DNA of 26,972 nt from a virus (lineage: Duplodnaviria; Caudoviricetes): positions 1 through 26,972 of IMG/VR virus record IMGVR_UViG_3300025389_000099. One strand, given 5' to 3'. The translations under genes and the position numbers were made by a program. Each line of letters begins with the position of its first letter. Within the stretch, counting starts at the first letter, position 1. This document shows positions 25,217 to 26,972 of this stretch, piece by piece. The notes below the pieces were generated by a model, which saw only the letters and a program-made list of their open reading frames with translations, did no database searches and was not told the DNA's origin.

Positions 25217-26473
25217 TTAAGCCTTTTGAATGCCGCCCTTGCGCTTGGCAATCTCGGTCTTTTCAAGACGGCCCTCAGCGCTGCCAGCGCCCGCATCCAT
25301 GTCCTTATAGGAACGATACGCGCGACCGCCAGACTTGCGAGGCATAGGCGCACCACCCTGCGGAGGCATGGGGGGCGCACCGCCGGGCGGCATCATGCCG
25401 GGAGGCATCATACCGGGCATCATACCGGGGGGCATACCACCGGGCGGCGGAGGCACAGCGACGGGCATCCCCTTGGGCGGACCCATAGGAGCGCCGCCGG
25501 GAGGCATCATGCCATCGCCAGCGCCACCCTTTTCGGCATTGATGACGATGTTGATGTCCGTCTTTCCCTTGCGCTTGGTAGAGCCGCCATCGGCGCGGGC
25601 CATACGGCCACCGGCAACGACGCCGGGAACCTTGCCGGGATAGCCGGGACCAGAGAATACGCCGCCGCCAGTCTTACGGCCCTTGCGCTCGCCGCCATCT
25701 TTTTTGCCCGTGCGGGCTTCTGGCTTCACCATCTTCTTGATGAGCGCCTTGTCAGCCGCCTCGTCGGGATGACCCTCAGCTTTTCCGCCCTTCTTGAGGC
25801 CAGCAGCGCGTTGCAGGCGAGAGCCGCCGCCACGGAAATTCATCATCGCGCCGGGGACGCCAGCAATCATCTTGCCGCGATTGAGAATGTCAGCAGCGCC
25901 AGCCATGCCCGGAGACATCATGCCGCCATCCATCTTCTTGGCCCGGCCACCTTTCTTGTAGCCACGTTCGGCGCGACGAAGCTGCTCGGCATCGTACAAG
26001 TCAGACGGCTCCACATCACGGCCCGGCAAGTCAGCGGGGCGGCGCATGGGCTGCGGGATGGGACGCTGCGTCACATCACGGTCGCCGCTCTGCACATCGT
26101 AGTCAACGAAGCCCTTGGTGGCATGGTGAGCGCGGCCACCCTTCTTCATCGCGCCAATGTGCTTGATGCCTTCGCGCTCTTCGTTGGCATCCTTCACGTT
26201 GCGATTGATCTTGGCGTTGACCCATTCCTTAACCTGACCGCCAGACTTGCGGGGCTTGCGATCAGCGCGGGTTGGCGCGCACTCGCCCATAACCTTGCCG
26301 CCCTTCTTGTACTGGCGGCGCGACACGGGGCGCAGGCCAGTCTTAACATCGGCGTTAATCATCGGGCCGGGGGTCCAAGTCGAGGAGTCTACCTTTTCAA
26401 GAGGACGATCAGCACCAAGGCGGTGCGCCTTGGCCTTCATGGCCGCGCGGGCCTTTTTTGCGGTATCTGACAT
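25217..26473 (-). CDS. Basic low-complexity protein with about 12 GG motifs and a Pro/Met/Gly-rich tail
   Basis: 418 aa, AGGAG RBS. Motifs YKKGGKV, RKSGGQV, MKKGGRA, YKKGGRA, KMDGGMM, LKKGGKA, KKDGGER, RKTGGGV, RADGGST, RKSGGRA. Confidence 0.85.
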   Translation of the reverse strand: MSDTAKKARAAMKAKAHRLGADRPLEKVDSSTWTPGPMINADVKTGLRPVSRRQYKKGGKVMGECAPTRADRKPRKSGGQVKEWVNAKINRNVKDANEEREGIKHIGAMKKGGRAHHATKGFVDYDVQSGDRDVTQRPIPQPMRRPADLPGRDVEPSDLYDAEQLRRAERGYKKGGRAKKMDGGMMSPGMAGAADILNRGKMIAGVPGAMMNFRGGGSRLQRAAGLKKGGKAEGHPDEAADKALIKKMVKPEARTGKKDGGERKGRKTGGGVFSGPGYPGKVPGVVAGGRMARADGGSTKRKGKTDINIVINAEKGGAGDGMMPPGGAPMGPPKGMPVAVPPPPGGMPPGMMPGMMPPGMMPPGGAPPMPPQGGAPMPRKSGGRAYRSYKDMDAGAGSAEGRLEKTEIAKRKGGIQKA

Positions 26474-26487
26474 GTCAGCTCCTAGGT

Positions 26488-26970
26488 TTACCGGGCGTCC
26501 CCGGAGGCTTTTGCCTTTTTTGATGTTACCATAAGTGCGTGGTCAACGATAGAACCACCACCCGCCTTCTTAGGCCATGTAATGACAGGAACTTTAGAAA
26601 TCCCCTCATTCTTCGCAGCGGTTGCGCGGTGACGGCCATCCTGCCCACCACTAGGATAAATGGCGAGTGGGTTCAGGCCCTTACCCTTTTTGATCTTCTT
26701 TTCAAAACGCTTGATGGCTTTCTTGTCGCCCTTATCCATTTGCATCTTTTGCGTTTGGTCCAAGAACTTATCTGGCGACATCCATGTCATTTTGCCGCCG
26801 TCGTCCTTGTAACCAGCATGCTTTCGGTCATCGGTGTCAGGCTTCAAATTATATGTAACCTTGCCGCCGTGTTTGCGCTCAACCACTTTCAACGCCTTGT
26901 TGATAGCGCCTTTGTTTTTGCGACCTTTGAACTTAACAGCACCGCCTCGCTTTTCGCCACCACCGCCTCC
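26488..26970 (-). CDS. 3' end of a larger protein carrying a ParB/Srx-like domain between GG motifs; 5'-partial
   Basis: The frame is open to the window edge (GGGGGEKRGGAVKFKG...). WMSPDKFL...NPLAIY...QDGRHRATAA...GISKVPV is ParB/Srx-like. Confidence 0.75.
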   Translation of the reverse strand, partial: GGGGGEKRGGAVKFKGRKNKGAINKALKVVERKHGGKVTYNLKPDTDDRKHAGYKDDGGKMTWMSPDKFLDQTQKMQMDKGDKKAIKRFEKKIKKGKGLNPLAIYPSGGQDGRHRATAAKNEGISKVPVITWPKKAGGGSIVDHALMVTSKKAKASGDAR

Positions 26971-26972
26971 GC

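Noticed and set aside
25109-26470. 453-aa plus-strand ORF (likewise 19757-20674, 225-761, 939-1586 and similar)
   Set aside because: Antisense shadows of well-supported minus-strand genes.
1-26972. tRNA, rRNA, CRISPR array, integrase, terminase or portal
   Set aside because: None recognisable by eye in this window.

Overview
Virion morphogenesis and lysis region of a tailed dsDNA phage (GC-rich; podovirus-like gene order resembling uncultured aquatic phages with a Mu gpT-like major capsid protein). Almost all real genes lie on the minus strand. Read right to left they are: the 3' end of a ParB/Srx-domain protein, a basic 418-aa protein, a GroES-like co-chaperonin, a scaffold-like gene interrupted by an in-frame TAG, capsid-associated genes and the major capsid protein, adaptor-like genes, a long tail fibre plus several smaller fibre/chaperone modules, a holin/endolysin/spanin cassette, tail tubular proteins, a GNAT-like protein, and a large pilot/ejection-like protein with an internal peptidase S74 domain that runs off the left edge and is missing from the ORF track. 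Five free-standing homing-endonuclease genes are interspersed. The best candidate for an undescribed system is a short xx-GG-x-(V/A/I) motif repeated about 25 times across five otherwise unrelated proteins, where it brackets cargo domains; this suggests a shared processing or packaging signal. Intergenic regions carry several structured RNA elements: anti-SD-loop pseudoknots, twin hairpins with identical loops, and an RBS-occluding hairpin with a nested promoter. All functional calls come from motif recognition and synteny only; no database searches were run.
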